This document shows, piece by piece, positions 1 through 10,731 of a stretch of 64,000 nt of DNA (within the stretch, counting starts at the first letter, position 1; every line of letters starts with the position of its first letter). The notes beneath the pieces are model-generated. The model was not told the DNA's origin. It saw nothing but the letters and a program-made list of their open reading frames with translations, and did no database searches. The position numbers and the translations under genes are program-made. Origin of the DNA: an uncultured delta proteobacterium (GTDB lineage Bacteria > Desulfobacterota > Binatia > UBA9968); NCBI GenBank assembly GCA_963745035.1, contig CAVUVW010000011.1:32001-96000 (forward strand). The letters run 5' to 3'.

Positions 1-534
1 TCCACCACTTCGACAACTCGCTGACACCGCCCACACAGAGCGAGGCAAACGGTGCTCCGTTGTCGGTACGAATGGCCCGGGGCAGTCCGTATTGTCGAAA
101 GGCTCTTTCAAACCACGGCCGAACCACCCGATAGCTGTGCTGCCCCAAGGCTTGGCACATCAACAGATAACGAGAGAAATTGTCGGTCAACGTAAGCGGG
201 TAACAGCGCTGACCATTCCCCAAGAGAAAGTCTCCCTTGAAGTCCGCACTCCAGATCTGATTCGGTCCATGGCAGTCGCTAAACGGTTCACTGTACGGTG
301 CCACGTGGCGCCGACGCACACGGCGGTTGACCAGCCCTGCACGCTTGAGGATCGCACCGGCTGTAGAGTCCGCAGGCCAGGTCAACTTAGGTTTTTTCTC
401 ACCCAAATAATCCAAAACCTTTTTCGGACCCCAGCTCGGATGGCTAAGCTTGATGGCAATAATCATCTCGCGGATTTCCTCAGGGGTCTCATTGCGATGA
501 CGGTGCGCCGCGCGCGAGCGCTCCTCGAGCGCCT
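1..534 (-). mobile_element. IS481-family transposase fragment, 5'-truncated copy continuing off the window's left edge
   Basis: Near-identical to 15325-15857, with one extra G in a G-run near 79-82. Identity stops at 534 where a palindromic repeat begins. Confidence 0.9.
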
Positions 535-625
535 TCCACCTCTTTCCTCCCCCGCGTCGCGGGGGAGGACCAGAGGTGGGGGATTGAACGGAGCGCAGCG
601 GTTGAACGGCTTGAACGTTTTGAAC
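535..625. repeat. REP-like palindrome (CCTCCCCCGCGTCGCGGGGGAGG core with TTGAACGG-type arm)
   Basis: Hairpin ccacctct...agaggtgg; same core and tail as 16098-16211. Confidence 0.8.
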
Positions 626-640
626 TTCACGAGGAAATCT

Positions 641-2311
641 ATGCGCGTCTACGAAGCGATCGGTGAAACTTTAAAGAAGCTCGAGGTCCAGGCGACCTTC
701 GGTTTGATGGGCGACGGCAATCTGCGTTTCATGACGCACCTGGCAGAGGAACTGGGCATGCCCTACTATGCGGCTCGTCATGAGGGCGGCGCGGTGGCCA
801 TGGCCGATGGCTACGCCCGCGTGACCGGCCGGGTCGGTGTCTGCAGCGTCACTCAGGGGCCGGGTGTCACCAACACGCTCACGGCGCTCACCGAGGCGCG
901 CAAAGCCAGCACTCCGATGTTACTCCTTGCGGGCGATACCGCGGCAAGGATCTTACGGCACAATCAGGATGTCGACCAGACTGCCATATTCAAATCGATC
1001 GGCGTTACCGTGGCGCGAGTGCGCTCGGCCGACACCTTGATGATCGATCTCAGCCGCGCTTTCAATCAAGCTCTAGCCGCGCAGCAGCCCATCGCGATCT
1101 CCATCCCGAGTGACATGCAAGTGCTGGAGTGCGAGGCCGATGGATTAGCCGCGGTGACAGTGCAAACGTCAATGCCGAGCCGGCCTCCGGCTGAAGAAAT
1201 TCGGCGCGCCGTGGAGTTAATCGCCGCCTCTAAGCGGCCGGCGATCATCGCCGGCCGGGGGGCAGTTCGTTCGAACGCCAGGGAAGCGCTAGAACATTTG
1301 GCCGAGCAGATCGGCGCATTGTTGGCGACCACCGCCCAGGCCAAGGGTTTGTTCGCTGGGAATCCTTTTTACGTCGGAAGCTCCGGCGGATTTGCCTGGG
1401 AGCTGGGTGAGCGGCTGCTTCCACAGGCTGATTTGATTTTGGCGTTCGGGGCCAGCCTGAACTACTGGACGACCCGAAACCGCGAGCTCTATAGTCCCAC
1501 CGCGCGTATTCTGCAGTGCGACAGAAACAGCGCGGCCATCGGCGCTCTTACATCTGCTGATTTTGGTTTGGTAGGCGACGTAGCGGCGACCGCCGAAGCT
1601 CTAACCGAGGAGTCGGCTCAGCGCGGCTTTAGCGCTGCCGGTTTTCGCACGCCGGAGATCCGCCGGGAGATCGAATCGTTTCGACTCGATAACTTCCAGG
1701 ATCAAAGCAACGGCCGCACCATCGATCCGCGCACGTTGATGCTCAATCTTGATCGGATGCTGCCGCGAAATAGAACTGTCGTGATCGACAGCGGGCATTG
1801 CATGGGCTGGCCGATCATCTACCTTTCCGCGCCGGACGCCGCCGGCTTTGTTTTTTCCAACGACTTCATGGCGGTCGGTTTAGGTTTGGGAACCGCCTTC
1901 GGCGCCGCGATCGCCCACCCCGATCGTCTGACCATTTGCACCCCGGGTGATGGCGGGCTGATGATGAGTCTCGGCGAGCTCGAGACTTTCGTGCGTTACA
2001 AAATTCCGGCGCTCGTGATCGTCCTCAACGACGCGTCGTATGGCGCGGAGGTGCATTTGCTCCAGAACGTCGGCTTGCCGGGACATGGGGCCTTCTTCCG
2101 CGACAATGACTTTGCCGCCATCGCCACGGCGATGGGCGCCGATGGAATCACCGTCCGCGACGTCGGAGACCTCGAAGGGCTGCGGCCATGGCTCGATGAG
2201 CGCCGCGGACCGATGGTGGTCGATTGCAAGCTCGACGCGCAGTTGCGCGGCGACTGGTTCAGCAAAGTGTTCGCCCCCGGCGGCTGGTACCAGCGCATGT
2301 GCGGGCATTGA
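641..2311 (+). CDS. Thiamine diphosphate-dependent enzyme (acetolactate synthase-like family)
   Basis: Start MRVYEAIGETL after GAGG RBS; motifs FGLMGDGN, RHEGGAVAMADGYAR, GDGG...LND. Confidence 0.9.
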   Translation: MRVYEAIGETLKKLEVQATFGLMGDGNLRFMTHLAEELGMPYYAARHEGGAVAMADGYARVTGRVGVCSVTQGPGVTNTLTALTEARKASTPMLLLAGDTAARILRHNQDVDQTAIFKSIGVTVARVRSADTLMIDLSRAFNQALAAQQPIAISIPSDMQVLECEADGLAAVTVQTSMPSRPPAEEIRRAVELIAASKRPAIIAGRGAVRSNAREALEHLAEQIGALLATTAQAKGLFAGNPFYVGSSGGFAWELGERLLPQADLILAFGASLNYWTTRNRELYSPTARILQCDRNSAAIGALTSADFGLVGDVAATAEALTEESAQRGFSAAGFRTPEIRREIESFRLDNFQDQSNGRTIDPRTLMLNLDRMLPRNRTVVIDSGHCMGWPIIYLSAPDAAGFVFSNDFMAVGLGLGTAFGAAIAHPDRLTICTPGDGGLMMSLGELETFVRYKIPALVIVLNDASYGAEVHLLQNVGLPGHGAFFRDNDFAAIATAMGADGITVRDVGDLEGLRPWLDERRGPMVVDCKLDAQLRGDWFSKVFAPGGWYQRMCGH

Positions 2312-2338
2312 TTCACGAAGCCCAGAACAGAGAGATTG

Positions 2339-2834
2339 CACCGCAGAGACGCAGAGTTCGCCGAGTTCGAATATTTTTTAAGCAAGAACTCTTTACTCCG
2401 CGTCCTCGGCGTCTCCGCGGTGAATACTCCGGGTCGTTATTCAGCACAGAGACTGACGCGATAGCTCGGCAAGAGAAACTCGGAATATCTCGCGCAAAGG
2501 CGCCAAGGCCGCAAAGGTCGGAAAAAAGGTAAAAATTATTTGTACAAATATTTCTTTCCCTTCCAAACTTGGCGCCGTTGCGACTTTGCGGGAGGAGTAT
2601 CCGGATCGGAGTGTCTTTGACTCACACAAAATTTGCGCGCGCCGCGCAAATGTTTACCAATTGTAATACAGAGTTCGCACAGTCCGGAATATTTCCTAAG
2701 GATAAATTCTTTCTCAGCGTCCTCCGCGCCTCCGCGGTGCGATTTCCGATTTCTTCTTCACCACAGAGACGCGGATTTCACAGAGTTCGGATATTTTTTA
2801 AGCAAGAATTCTTTACTCCGTGACCTCCGCGGTG
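2339..2834. repeat. Cluster of palindromic repeats between convergent genes
   Basis: Three CACCGCAGAG...CTCCGCGGTG-type units (2339-2422, about 2667-2739, 2759-2834) and one CTCGCGCAAAGGCGCCAAG...CTTGGCGCC..CTTTGCGGGAG unit (2488-2594). Confidence 0.8.
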
Positions 2835-2839
2835 ATGTC

Positions 2840-3769
2840 TTAGCGATTCGACTTGGTCGCGCGACGAGAAACTGATCGACGCAGGCGGCTCCATGCCTCG
2901 ACCAACCCGCCCGGTAGGAGCAGCACGACCAGGATGAACAACACGCCGAAAATGATCAGGTGGAACTCGACCCAGCGCAGCGCGAGCACTTCCTTGAGGA
3001 TCACATAAAAGAGGGCGCCCAACACCGGACCATGAACGGTGCCAACGCCGCCGATGAAAGACATCAGCACGGCGTCGAAAGTCCAGACGGGGGAGAAGGT
3101 ATGCTGCGGGTAATAGCTCACGTGGTAGTAGGCGAAGGCGCCGCCGGCGAGGCCGGCCAGCGCCGTGGAGACGGCGAGAGCGAGGATTTTATGGCCGAGC
3201 GCGCTTACGCCCGAAGCTTCGGCCGCGGCCTCGTCCTCGCGCACCGCGCGAATGCCCAGTCCCACGCGCGAGGGAATCATCCAGGCGACGACGGCGACGC
3301 ACAGAACAGCCAATCCGAGAGTCAAATAGTAGCGCGGCAGCATATTGTAGGAGGCGAGCTCGGCGGCGCGGATCGTGGAGATCTCGGGGAGAACATTGCC
3401 GATCGTGATGCGGAGAATTTCCGCCAAGCCGAGAGTGCCGATGGCGAAATAGGCGCCGCGCAGTCGAAAGGCTGGGACTCCGATCAAGCATCCAAACGCT
3501 GTAGCGACCACGGCGCCGGCAGCGATCGACAAAAGCAGCGGCGCGCCGCCAACCCACAGCATGCGCGTCACCAACGCGCCCAAGCCAAAAAATGCAGCAT
3601 GGCCGAGATTAATTTGTCCGGCGTAGCCGCCGATCAAGTTCCAGCTTTGCGCCAATGCGACGGCGAGAAAGATCTGCACGCCGAGATTCAGGAGATCGTT
3701 GCGCGCGGTGAAAAGCGGCAGCGCGGCGAAGCCGACCGCGAGCAATATTCCGGCGCCGGCTAATTTCAT
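2840..3769 (-). CDS. livM: Branched-chain amino acid ABC transporter permease (LivM-like)
   Basis: SWNLIGGYAGQINLGHAAFFG, AVREDEAAAEASG; ATG overlaps livH stop. Confidence 0.88.
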   Translation of the reverse strand: MKLAGAGILLAVGFAALPLFTARNDLLNLGVQIFLAVALAQSWNLIGGYAGQINLGHAAFFGLGALVTRMLWVGGAPLLLSIAAGAVVATAFGCLIGVPAFRLRGAYFAIGTLGLAEILRITIGNVLPEISTIRAAELASYNMLPRYYLTLGLAVLCVAVVAWMIPSRVGLGIRAVREDEAAAEASGVSALGHKILALAVSTALAGLAGGAFAYYHVSYYPQHTFSPVWTFDAVLMSFIGGVGTVHGPVLGALFYVILKEVLALRWVEFHLIIFGVLFILVVLLLPGGLVEAWSRLRRSVSRRATKSNR

Positions 3770-4638
3770 GAGCGCGCTCCGAACAATCCTTGAGGGCGCA
3801 GAATCAAAACGACAAGAAAAAGAATGAGCCCGATGACCTCGCGGTACGGGCCGCCGACAAACACCACGCTCATCGCCTCGGCGAGGCCGAGTAGAATCCC
3901 GCCGGCGAAGCTGCCGAAAAGCGAGCCCATGCCGGCGAGCACGATGACGATCAAAGCCTTTAAGGTCCACTCGATGCCGATCGAAGGACTAATCGAATAG
4001 GAAATGCTCACCAGTCCGCCGGCGACACCCGCCAGCGCGGTGCCGAGAGCGAATGCCAGCAGGTAGGTTTTTCCCACCGGGATGCCCATGAGCGCGGCGG
4101 CCTCCCAATCCTCCGCGGTGGCGCGGATCGCCCGGCCCCAGCGCGTTTCCGAAAGAAACATGTGCAGCGCAGCGAGGATCGCGAAGGCGAACAGCAGGCT
4201 GCTTAGACGCAGCCACGGCACCGCAAAGGGGCCGAGACGCAGCACGGCGCCTGAATACGCCGTCGTCACGCTGCGCTCGTCGGCGGTCCAAAGTTGTATC
4301 GCGAGCGCGTGAAGAACGAGGGTCAGACCGAAGCCGATGAGCAGTGAGTTCTTGATGCGCGCTTCCTCGTGCGCTTTTACGACAAATTGAAACAACGCGA
4401 CGTAAAGCAACGCTCCCAAAAGGAACATGGCCGGAGCGACGGCCAAGAGCGAAGCGAACGGATCGATCTTCCAAAGGGTGAACAGCCAGAACGTCCCGTA
4501 GCCGCCGAGCATGAGCAGCTCCCCGTGCGCGACGTTCAACACCCGCAGGACACCGAACGTCAAAGACAGCCCGGCGGCCGCAAGACCGTAAAGCCCGCCG
4601 ACGAGAAGGCCGAGTATGAGCTGTTGGGTAAGGATCAT
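3766..4638 (-). CDS. livH: Branched-chain amino acid ABC transporter permease (LivH-like)
   Basis: GLSLTFGVLRVLNVAHGE, GRAIRATAED, RPQGLFG. Confidence 0.9.
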   Translation of the reverse strand: MILTQQLILGLLVGGLYGLAAAGLSLTFGVLRVLNVAHGELLMLGGYGTFWLFTLWKIDPFASLLAVAPAMFLLGALLYVALFQFVVKAHEEARIKNSLLIGFGLTLVLHALAIQLWTADERSVTTAYSGAVLRLGPFAVPWLRLSSLLFAFAILAALHMFLSETRWGRAIRATAEDWEAAALMGIPVGKTYLLAFALGTALAGVAGGLVSISYSISPSIGIEWTLKALIVIVLAGMGSLFGSFAGGILLGLAEAMSVVFVGGPYREVIGLILFLVVLILRPQGLFGARS

Positions 4639-4705
4639 TTTTGAAAAGCCGACGAGAACCTTCAGCGCAGTAGAGAATCGCAGGTAAGCGCCAACGGTTG
4701 CCTTA

Positions 4706-4733
4706 CGTCATTCCCGCGCACGCGGGAATCTAG
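4706..4733. repeat. CGTC-type REP (left flank of GIY-YIG gene)
   Basis: CGTCATTCCCGCGCACGCGGGAATCTAG hairpin. Confidence 0.85.
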
Positions 4734-4745
4734 GTTCGTCCGTTT

Positions 4746-5036
4746 CTAAATTATTTCGTCCCACAAGTCCTTCCATTCGGGATTGTGTCCTTCGATCAGC
4801 TCCAGTTTCCAGGCGCGGTTCCATTTCTTGATCTGTTTCTCTCTGGTTACTGCTGAAATCATATCGGGGTGCAGCTCGTAATAGACCAGTCGGTGAACAC
4901 CGTATATTTTTGTGAAACCTTCAACAGACCCGTTCTTATGTATCCACGTACGAGTTTGGAGATCGCCGGTCACGCCGACGTAAAGTGTTCCGTTGCGCTT
5001 ACTTGCAAGAATGTAGACTGCCGGCTCTTTAGGCAT
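4746..5036 (-). CDS. GIY-YIG nuclease family protein (stand-alone, REP-associated type)
   Basis: VYILASKRNGTLYVGVT...REKQIKKWNRAWKLELIE..NPEWKDL. Confidence 0.92.
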   Translation of the reverse strand: MPKEPAVYILASKRNGTLYVGVTGDLQTRTWIHKNGSVEGFTKIYGVHRLVYYELHPDMISAVTREKQIKKWNRAWKLELIEGHNPEWKDLWDEII

Positions 5037-5043
5037 TATTAGC

Positions 5044-5070
5044 CTGGATTCCCGTTTTCACGGGAATGAC
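5044..5070. repeat. CGTC-type REP (right flank, inverted)
   Basis: CTGGATTCCCGTTTTCACGGGAATGAC, identical to 13741-13767. Confidence 0.85.
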
Positions 5071-5105
5071 TTCGGGAGAAAATGTTCTCATAAGTTCTAG
5101 CCAAC

Positions 5106-5831
5106 TCACGAGTCAGTTCCTTTCGCCAACGGGCCGAGGTACGCCGCACGTACGTGATCATCTTCGAGGAGTTTTCGGCCTTCGCCCTCTCCGACAATGC
5201 GGCCGCCTTCGAGAATATAAGCGCGCTCTGCGAGCGCGAGGACGGCGTGCACGTTTTGCTCGACAATCAGCACGCTCATGCCGCCGCGGTGGAGATCGGA
5301 GAGGATCGACATGATCGACTCGACCACGCGCGGCGCCAAGCCGAGTGAGGGTTCATCGAGCAAAAGGAGCCGCGGCAGCCCCATGAGCGCGCGTCCGAGG
5401 GCGAGCATCTGCTGCTCGCCGCCGGAGAGCGATCCTGCGCGTTGACGCTGGCGTTCGGCGAGGCGGGGGAAAAGAGCGAAGATTTTTCCGAGCTGACTAT
5501 GCTTCTCTTTTTGCGCCCGCGAAATGAAGGCGCCGAGCTCGAGGTTTTCCCTGACTGTCATCGCGGCGAACAGCTTTCGTCCTTCGGGCACCAAGGCCAC
5601 GCCGCGCTCGACGATCCGCTGCGGCGAGCCGCCGTTGATCGCCTCGTCCTGCCAACGAACCGTGCCGGCCCGCGCCGGCAACAAACCGGAAATGGCTTTG
5701 AGCAAAGTCGTTTTGCCGGCGCCGTTGGGACCGACGAGCGCCACCAACTCGCCCGGTTGAACCTTCAGGCTAACGCCCTGGAGCGCGGGTAATTCCCCGT
5801 AGGCGACGTGGAGATTAGTTACTTGGAGCAT
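5106..5831 (-). CDS. livF: ABC transporter ATP-binding protein (LivF-like)
   Basis: GPNGAGKT, VPEGRKLF, LSGGEQQM, LLLDEPSLGLAP. Confidence 0.92.
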   Translation of the reverse strand: MLQVTNLHVAYGELPALQGVSLKVQPGELVALVGPNGAGKTTLLKAISGLLPARAGTVRWQDEAINGGSPQRIVERGVALVPEGRKLFAAMTVRENLELGAFISRAQKEKHSQLGKIFALFPRLAERQRQRAGSLSGGEQQMLALGRALMGLPRLLLLDEPSLGLAPRVVESIMSILSDLHRGGMSVLIVEQNVHAVLALAERAYILEGGRIVGEGEGRKLLEDDHVRAAYLGPLAKGTDS

Positions 5832-5846
5832 GTCTCAATAACAACC

Positions 5847-5960
5847 GTTCAAGCCGTTCAAAAAGTTCAAATCGTTCACATCGTTTTCGGACGTAAGGCT
5901 CTTGGTTTTTGTATTTTTTCTGACGGTTTGAACGGCGTAAACGGCTTGAACGATTTGAAC
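5847..5960. repeat. GTTCAA/TTGAAC inverted tandem repeat
   Basis: gttcaagccgttcaaaaagttcaa...ttgaacggcgtaaacggcttgaacgatttgaac. Confidence 0.75.
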
Positions 5961-5963
5961 TCT

Positions 5964-6686
5964 TCACGTGTTTCCGCCGAGATAGACTTCGATCACCTGC
6001 GGATCGTTGGCGACCATGGCCGGCGCGCCGTCAGCAATCTTTTCTCCGGCGCTCAACACAACGATGCGGTGCGACACGTCGAGCAGGGCCCAGACGATAT
6101 GCTCAACCAGCACGATCGTCAGACCTTGGCCTTGCAATTCCCTGATGAGATGAAGCGCCGCCGCGGTTTCGGTGGGCGTCAATCCCGCCATGAACTCGTC
6201 GAGCAGCAAGAGCTTGGGCGACGTCGCAAGAGCGCGCGCCAGCTCCAGGCGCTTGCGATCCATGACCGTGAGTGTGCTTGCGAGGCGATCCGATCGCCCA
6301 AGTAAACCTGCGGAGTCTAGAAGTTCCGCCACCTTTTGACGTGCCGGCGCGCCGCTGAGTTTCTCCCGCCCGTAGCCGAGACCCACTAGGACGTTCTCCG
6401 ATACCGTCAACGCGAGAAACGGCCGAACCAATTGGAACGTGCGCGCAACCCCGCGCCGGCAGAGTTGATGAGGGCGTAAGCCGTTGGTGCGCTCGCCGTC
6501 GATACGGATTTCCCCACTGTCCGGCGCCAGCGCACCGCTTACGAGGTTGAACAGCGTCGTTTTTCCCGAGCCGTTGGGGCCCATGACGCCCAGGATCTCG
6601 CCGGGTTCGACGGTTAAGCTGACATTTTTTACGGCGTTGACACCGCCGAAAGACTTAGAAACGGATGCGAGTGTTAGGAGGGACAC
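5964..6686 (-). CDS. livG: ABC transporter ATP-binding protein (LivG-like)
   Basis: GPNGSGKTT, ARTFQLVRPF, LLLDE, IEVYLG. Confidence 0.92.
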   Translation of the reverse strand: MSLLTLASVSKSFGGVNAVKNVSLTVEPGEILGVMGPNGSGKTTLFNLVSGALAPDSGEIRIDGERTNGLRPHQLCRRGVARTFQLVRPFLALTVSENVLVGLGYGREKLSGAPARQKVAELLDSAGLLGRSDRLASTLTVMDRKRLELARALATSPKLLLLDEFMAGLTPTETAAALHLIRELQGQGLTIVLVEHIVWALLDVSHRIVVLSAGEKIADGAPAMVANDPQVIEVYLGGNT

Positions 6687-6719
6687 TAGATTTCAGATTT
6701 GTCGCGCCAAGATCCCAGG

Positions 6720-6943
6720 GAATCCAAATCCGAAATTCGAAGCACGAAAGAGGCCCGCAGACCGAAACAACCCCACAAGGGTAAATCCGAAATCCGAATA
6801 TCGAAATTCGAAACAAACCGGAGCCAAAATAAATCCAAAACCAGAAAATCCAAAACCTCGAATCCGATTTGGGCTCGTTTGGAATTTGTCATGCTTGGAT
6901 CATTCGAATTTGTTTAGAGCTTCGTGCTTCGGATTTCGTGCTT
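6720..6943. repeat. AAATCCGAAAT(T)CGAA heptamer-like inverted repeat element
   Basis: aaatccgaaattcgaagcacgaaa ... cttcgtgcttcggatttcg. Confidence 0.7.
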
Positions 6944-6987
6944 TTTATTCTCCGTTCTTGTCGCTGTTTACGTATGCGTCAAAAAGG

Positions 6988-8181
6988 TTATCGCTTGTCG
7001 AACGGTGGCGCGGGGTAGCCGAACGGCGCAGTAGCGAACTCCTTGGGCCAGACGAGTTCCTGCTTGCCTTTGAGCCATTGCTGGAAAAAGACTTTGACTT
7101 CGCCGGTGCCGTCGGTGCGAAAGCGCACGGGGCCGACGACCGTCGTCATTTTCGTCGCGGCGACGGCGTCGCGCAGCTTATCGCGGTCAAGCGTCTTGGC
7201 GCGTGTGAGCGCATCGGCAAGGATCTGCAAGCAAGCATAGGACGGACCGACCAGAGGATCGGCCGGCCGGTTGAATAATTTTTGATGCGCGTCGTTGATC
7301 TCGCTTACTCGGGGATACTTCGCGGCAAAGTGCCAGCCGGGCGAAAGCAGCACGTAATCGCCGTCTTTGCTCAAGTTCTGGGACCATACGGGTGGATCGG
7401 CGGCGCGGATGAAGAGATTCACCTTAGTGTTGAAATCCAATTCTTTCATCTGTTTGACGATCGTCATGCCGTCGGGCGGTGACGGCAGCGCAAGCACCGC
7501 TTCGGCGCCCGCTGTTTTGGCTTTCAGGATCAGATCCGAAAAATCCTTCGAGCCGGGCGCGTATTCGCCGCTGGCGACCACTTCGTAACCATGTTTCTTG
7601 GCGAGACCTTGCCAACCAGAGCCCATCTCCTTTCCCCAGTCCGTTCGTTCGAGAAAGAGCGCCACTTTGCGCGGCCGTTGTGCGGCGGGGATCATCGCAT
7701 CGAGAAAAACAAAAGTTTCTCTGGTCAGATCGGGAGATTTGGGAAACGGGGAAAAGAGATACCGCAGCCCCTGTTGATGGATACCATAGAAGGCAAAAGC
7801 GACGCCGAGGTAGGGAATCTTGTTCTTATCGGCGATGGAAGCGGCCGCGCCGTGGAGATCGGAGCCCGCTCCGCCCAGGTAGGCAACCACGCCCTGGGTG
7901 GCGAGTGTTTCCAGGCGCGCGACGGTTTTGGTCGGGTCGGACTCGTCGTCGAGCATCGTCAGCTCGATCTGCATTTTTTTGCCGCCGACGGAGACGCCGC
8001 CGGCCGCGTTGATGTGCTGGACGGCAAGCTCGTAACCGGTTTTCACCTGGCCGCCGAGCGCCGCGTAACGCCCGGTGAGCGGCACTACCGCCCCCACTTT
8101 GATCGTTTGACTGTCAGACTCGGAGCCTGAAGTAAGCAGCGTGAGTACTATAAAAACTGCAGCGCAAATCAGCCGTCTCAT
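6988..8181 (-). CDS. Branched-chain amino acid ABC substrate-binding protein (LivK-like)
   Basis: Signal peptide; IKVGAVVPLTGRYA, DDESDP; GGAGG RBS. Confidence 0.88.
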   Translation of the reverse strand: MRRLICAAVFIVLTLLTSGSESDSQTIKVGAVVPLTGRYAALGGQVKTGYELAVQHINAAGGVSVGGKKMQIELTMLDDESDPTKTVARLETLATQGVVAYLGGAGSDLHGAAASIADKNKIPYLGVAFAFYGIHQQGLRYLFSPFPKSPDLTRETFVFLDAMIPAAQRPRKVALFLERTDWGKEMGSGWQGLAKKHGYEVVASGEYAPGSKDFSDLILKAKTAGAEAVLALPSPPDGMTIVKQMKELDFNTKVNLFIRAADPPVWSQNLSKDGDYVLLSPGWHFAAKYPRVSEINDAHQKLFNRPADPLVGPSYACLQILADALTRAKTLDRDKLRDAVAATKMTTVVGPVRFRTDGTGEVKVFFQQWLKGKQELVWPKEFATAPFGYPAPPFDKR

Positions 8182-8248
8182 GATGCCTCCCTTGGTTGGG
8201 GTTCTTGAGCGCGACGATAGATACCACCAACGATCTAAGGCGTCAAAG

Positions 8249-9353
8249 TTAAACTGTGCTCCATACCTTGCGCGCTGTCTCGATGACCAAGCCAAGTTTT
8301 TGCCACTGTTGGTCTTCCGTGAGCAGGTTGCCTTCCATGGTCGAAGCAAAGCCGCATTGGGGGCTGAGAGCGAGATTCTCGAGCGGCACGTACTTGCTCG
8401 CTTCGTCGATTCTTCTTGCGAGATGATCCGGCGATTCCATATCAGCCAGCTTGCTGCTCACGAGGCCCAGGACCACCGTCTTACCGCGCGGCACGAAGCG
8501 CAGAGGTTCGAAGGTGCCGGCGCGCTCGGACTCGTACTCGAGGAGAAAAGCATCGACGTTGAGGCGGCCGAATAATTTTTCCGCGATCGCGTCGTAGCCG
8601 CCTTCGGCGTACCACTGGCTGCGGTTGTTCCCGCGGCAAAGGTGAATAGCGAGAATCACGCCTGCCCGTTTCGCGCCTTCCAGACAAGCGTTGTCAACGT
8701 TAATCGCTTCGTCGAGCGCCTGGTCGGGATCGAGGCCCATTTCAGTTTTTCACGTAGCTGCGCCATTTCGGATCGATGTAATAGCTGTAGCGCGGCGCGT
8801 CGATTTGCACGTACTGTGCTCCTTCATCGACCAACGCCTGAATCTCCGCCTTGAAGATTGGCACGATATCCCACAAGAAATCGGAGTAGTTCGGATAGAC
8901 TTTGTCGCTGATGCCTTTCTTATAATAGATCGCTGGAAACTGATTGGCGGTGGGCAAGGTGACCTTGACGTCTCCGGGGCTGTGCTGCTTGATGAAAGCG
9001 AATTCATGGCCGGTGAGACGCCGCTTCTGTTTGATTTTGGCCACGATCGTGCCTGGCACCATTGAAGGGCGGGACGATGGGCCGGTGCCGGTTTGCCAAG
9101 TGCGCGCCACGGCCACGCCTTCGTCGATGCCTTCCACGGCGTCGTTGAAATCGCTCATGAAGTTGTTGCGGCGCAGCTCCCCGTCGGTAAAGATCTTGAA
9201 GCCGAGATCCTTCTGCCGCTCGATGACCCGCAGGATGTGTTTGTCTTCGAGCGCTCGTAGTTGCGCGGTGTCGGAAACTGTGTTGCGTGCTTGCAGCAGC
9301 TCAGCGGGTCGAAGCAGGCTGCCGATGTGGTCGGCGCGATATCTTGCTGGCAT
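8249..9353 (-). CDS. Cobalamin-independent methionine synthase II family protein (split by +1 indel near 8745)
   Basis: RADHIGSLLRP, TDGELRR, HLCRGN, LEYESER, LSPQCGFAS; the break lies in a homopolymer run. Confidence 0.85.
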
Positions 9354-9427
9354 AGAACCTCCCAAGATTCGAGTGTTGGAGTGAGTATGGGAATTGAGGA
9401 TTTTCCGAGTTTCCTTTGGGGACGACT

Positions 9428-9511
9428 CACCGCAGAGGCACGGAGTTCGCAGAGTCGAAGTAATTTTTAATTAAGAACTCTTTACTCCGCGACCTCAGCG
9501 CCTCGGCGGTG
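9428..9511. repeat. CACCGCAGAG...CGGCGGTG palindromic repeat
   Basis: Same family as 2339-2422, including the internal AAGAACTCTTTACTCCGCG. Confidence 0.8.
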
Positions 9512-9580
9512 CAATCTCCGCATCGTTCCGGAATTGAAGACCCATCACTCCAGTACTCCAATAATCCATTACTCCAATCT

Positions 9581-10607
9581 TCATTCTCCCAACAGTTTCT
9601 TCAATCTGGCCACCACCTCGGGCGGCTGCGCAATTACTTCTTTAGCCAATGCGGAGAGCTGTTCACCACTGATGGGATCGACGGGCCAGCCGCGCTTCTT
9701 TGCATCGGCCAGGAGATCGGGATCTTTGAGCGTCTTATCCCAAGCGTCGCGAAGGATCTTGATTCGATCGGCGGGCATGTTCGGCGGCGCGGTCCACGGC
9801 CGCCCAAACTCATTGGACGCGGTGATCAACGTGACCAAGCGGCGATCGGCGTCGCTCGCCTTGTAGCGATCCAATAGCTCATGAAAAGTAGGCGTATCCG
9901 GCAACAAGTGATCCCGCTTGCGGCCGGTTTGCACGAGTGGGCGGGTGAATCCCTTTTTATACCAGGAGATGTGCGGCTCGCGGCCAAAAAACGCCGCGAT
10001 GGTGATCAGCCGGCACTGCAACTCGCCGCGTTCGAGCGCGACGTCGATGTCGCCGGCGCCTTGATAGCCGGCGATGATGGTGGATTTGGCGCCGAGCACG
10101 TCATCCAAGAGCTTGGGAATGTGATAGGTGATCGAAGCGGTACCCGTGGAGCCGCATTTTGGCGACTCGCCGCCCTTGCGCATATCGTCGATGGATTTAT
10201 ACGGACTGTCGCCGCGCATAATGAACAGCAGCTCGGTCGGTTCCGGCGTACCGATCCAATTGAACTTCGCCCAATCGAACTGGACTTCTTTGCGGCCGAT
10301 CAGTTGATCCATGTAGATGGCCGAATTGAGTGAGCCCAGAGTGAGGCCGTCCGGCTTGGCGACATTGTACACATAGTTGGCCGCAATCACCGAACCCGCC
10401 CCCGGCATGTTTTGCACCGTGACGCTCGGATTGCCGGGGATGTGTTTTCCCAAATAGGTTGCGATGTGCCGCGTCCAGAGATCGTAAAGATCGCCGGCTT
10501 GGCCGCCGCGGATGATTCTTACCGATTTCCCTTGGAAGAAATTGTCCTGGGCATGGGCGGGACTGCTCCACGCAGCATAGAGCAAAGCGCAGGGCGAGAA
10601 GCCTCAT
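9581..10607 (-). CDS. TctC/Bug-like tripartite tricarboxylate transporter substrate-binding protein (start probably frameshifted near 10590)
   Basis: HIPGNPSVTVQNMPGAGS, KPDGLTL, GYQGAGDIDVALERGE. Confidence 0.85.
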
Positions 10608-10731
10608 CCATTTTGGATTTTCGATTTTGGCTTTTAGATTGTCGGACCGAGAATTCGAAGATCGCATCCAGGTTCTCTCAAGCATGTTGTTTTACTGCTC
10701 ATCTGAAATCGGCAATCCAAAATCGAAAATG

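Noticed and set aside
92-640. N-terminal extension making a 739-aa ORF
   Set aside because: It is the antisense of the IS481 fragment plus a REP; the real ThDP gene starts at 641 with an RBS.
2339-2834. CRISPR array
   Set aside because: Units are long, degenerate palindromes with irregular spacing, recur singly elsewhere, and no cas genes are present.
2960-3763. Long antisense ORFs (also 19110-20078, 16863-17861, 22380-23279, 55538-56443)
   Set aside because: These are shadows of real genes in GC-rich DNA, with no motifs of their own.
8742-8744. Sec or programmed frameshift in the MetE-like gene
   Set aside because: The downstream part is out of frame; an extra base in a homopolymer run explains it.
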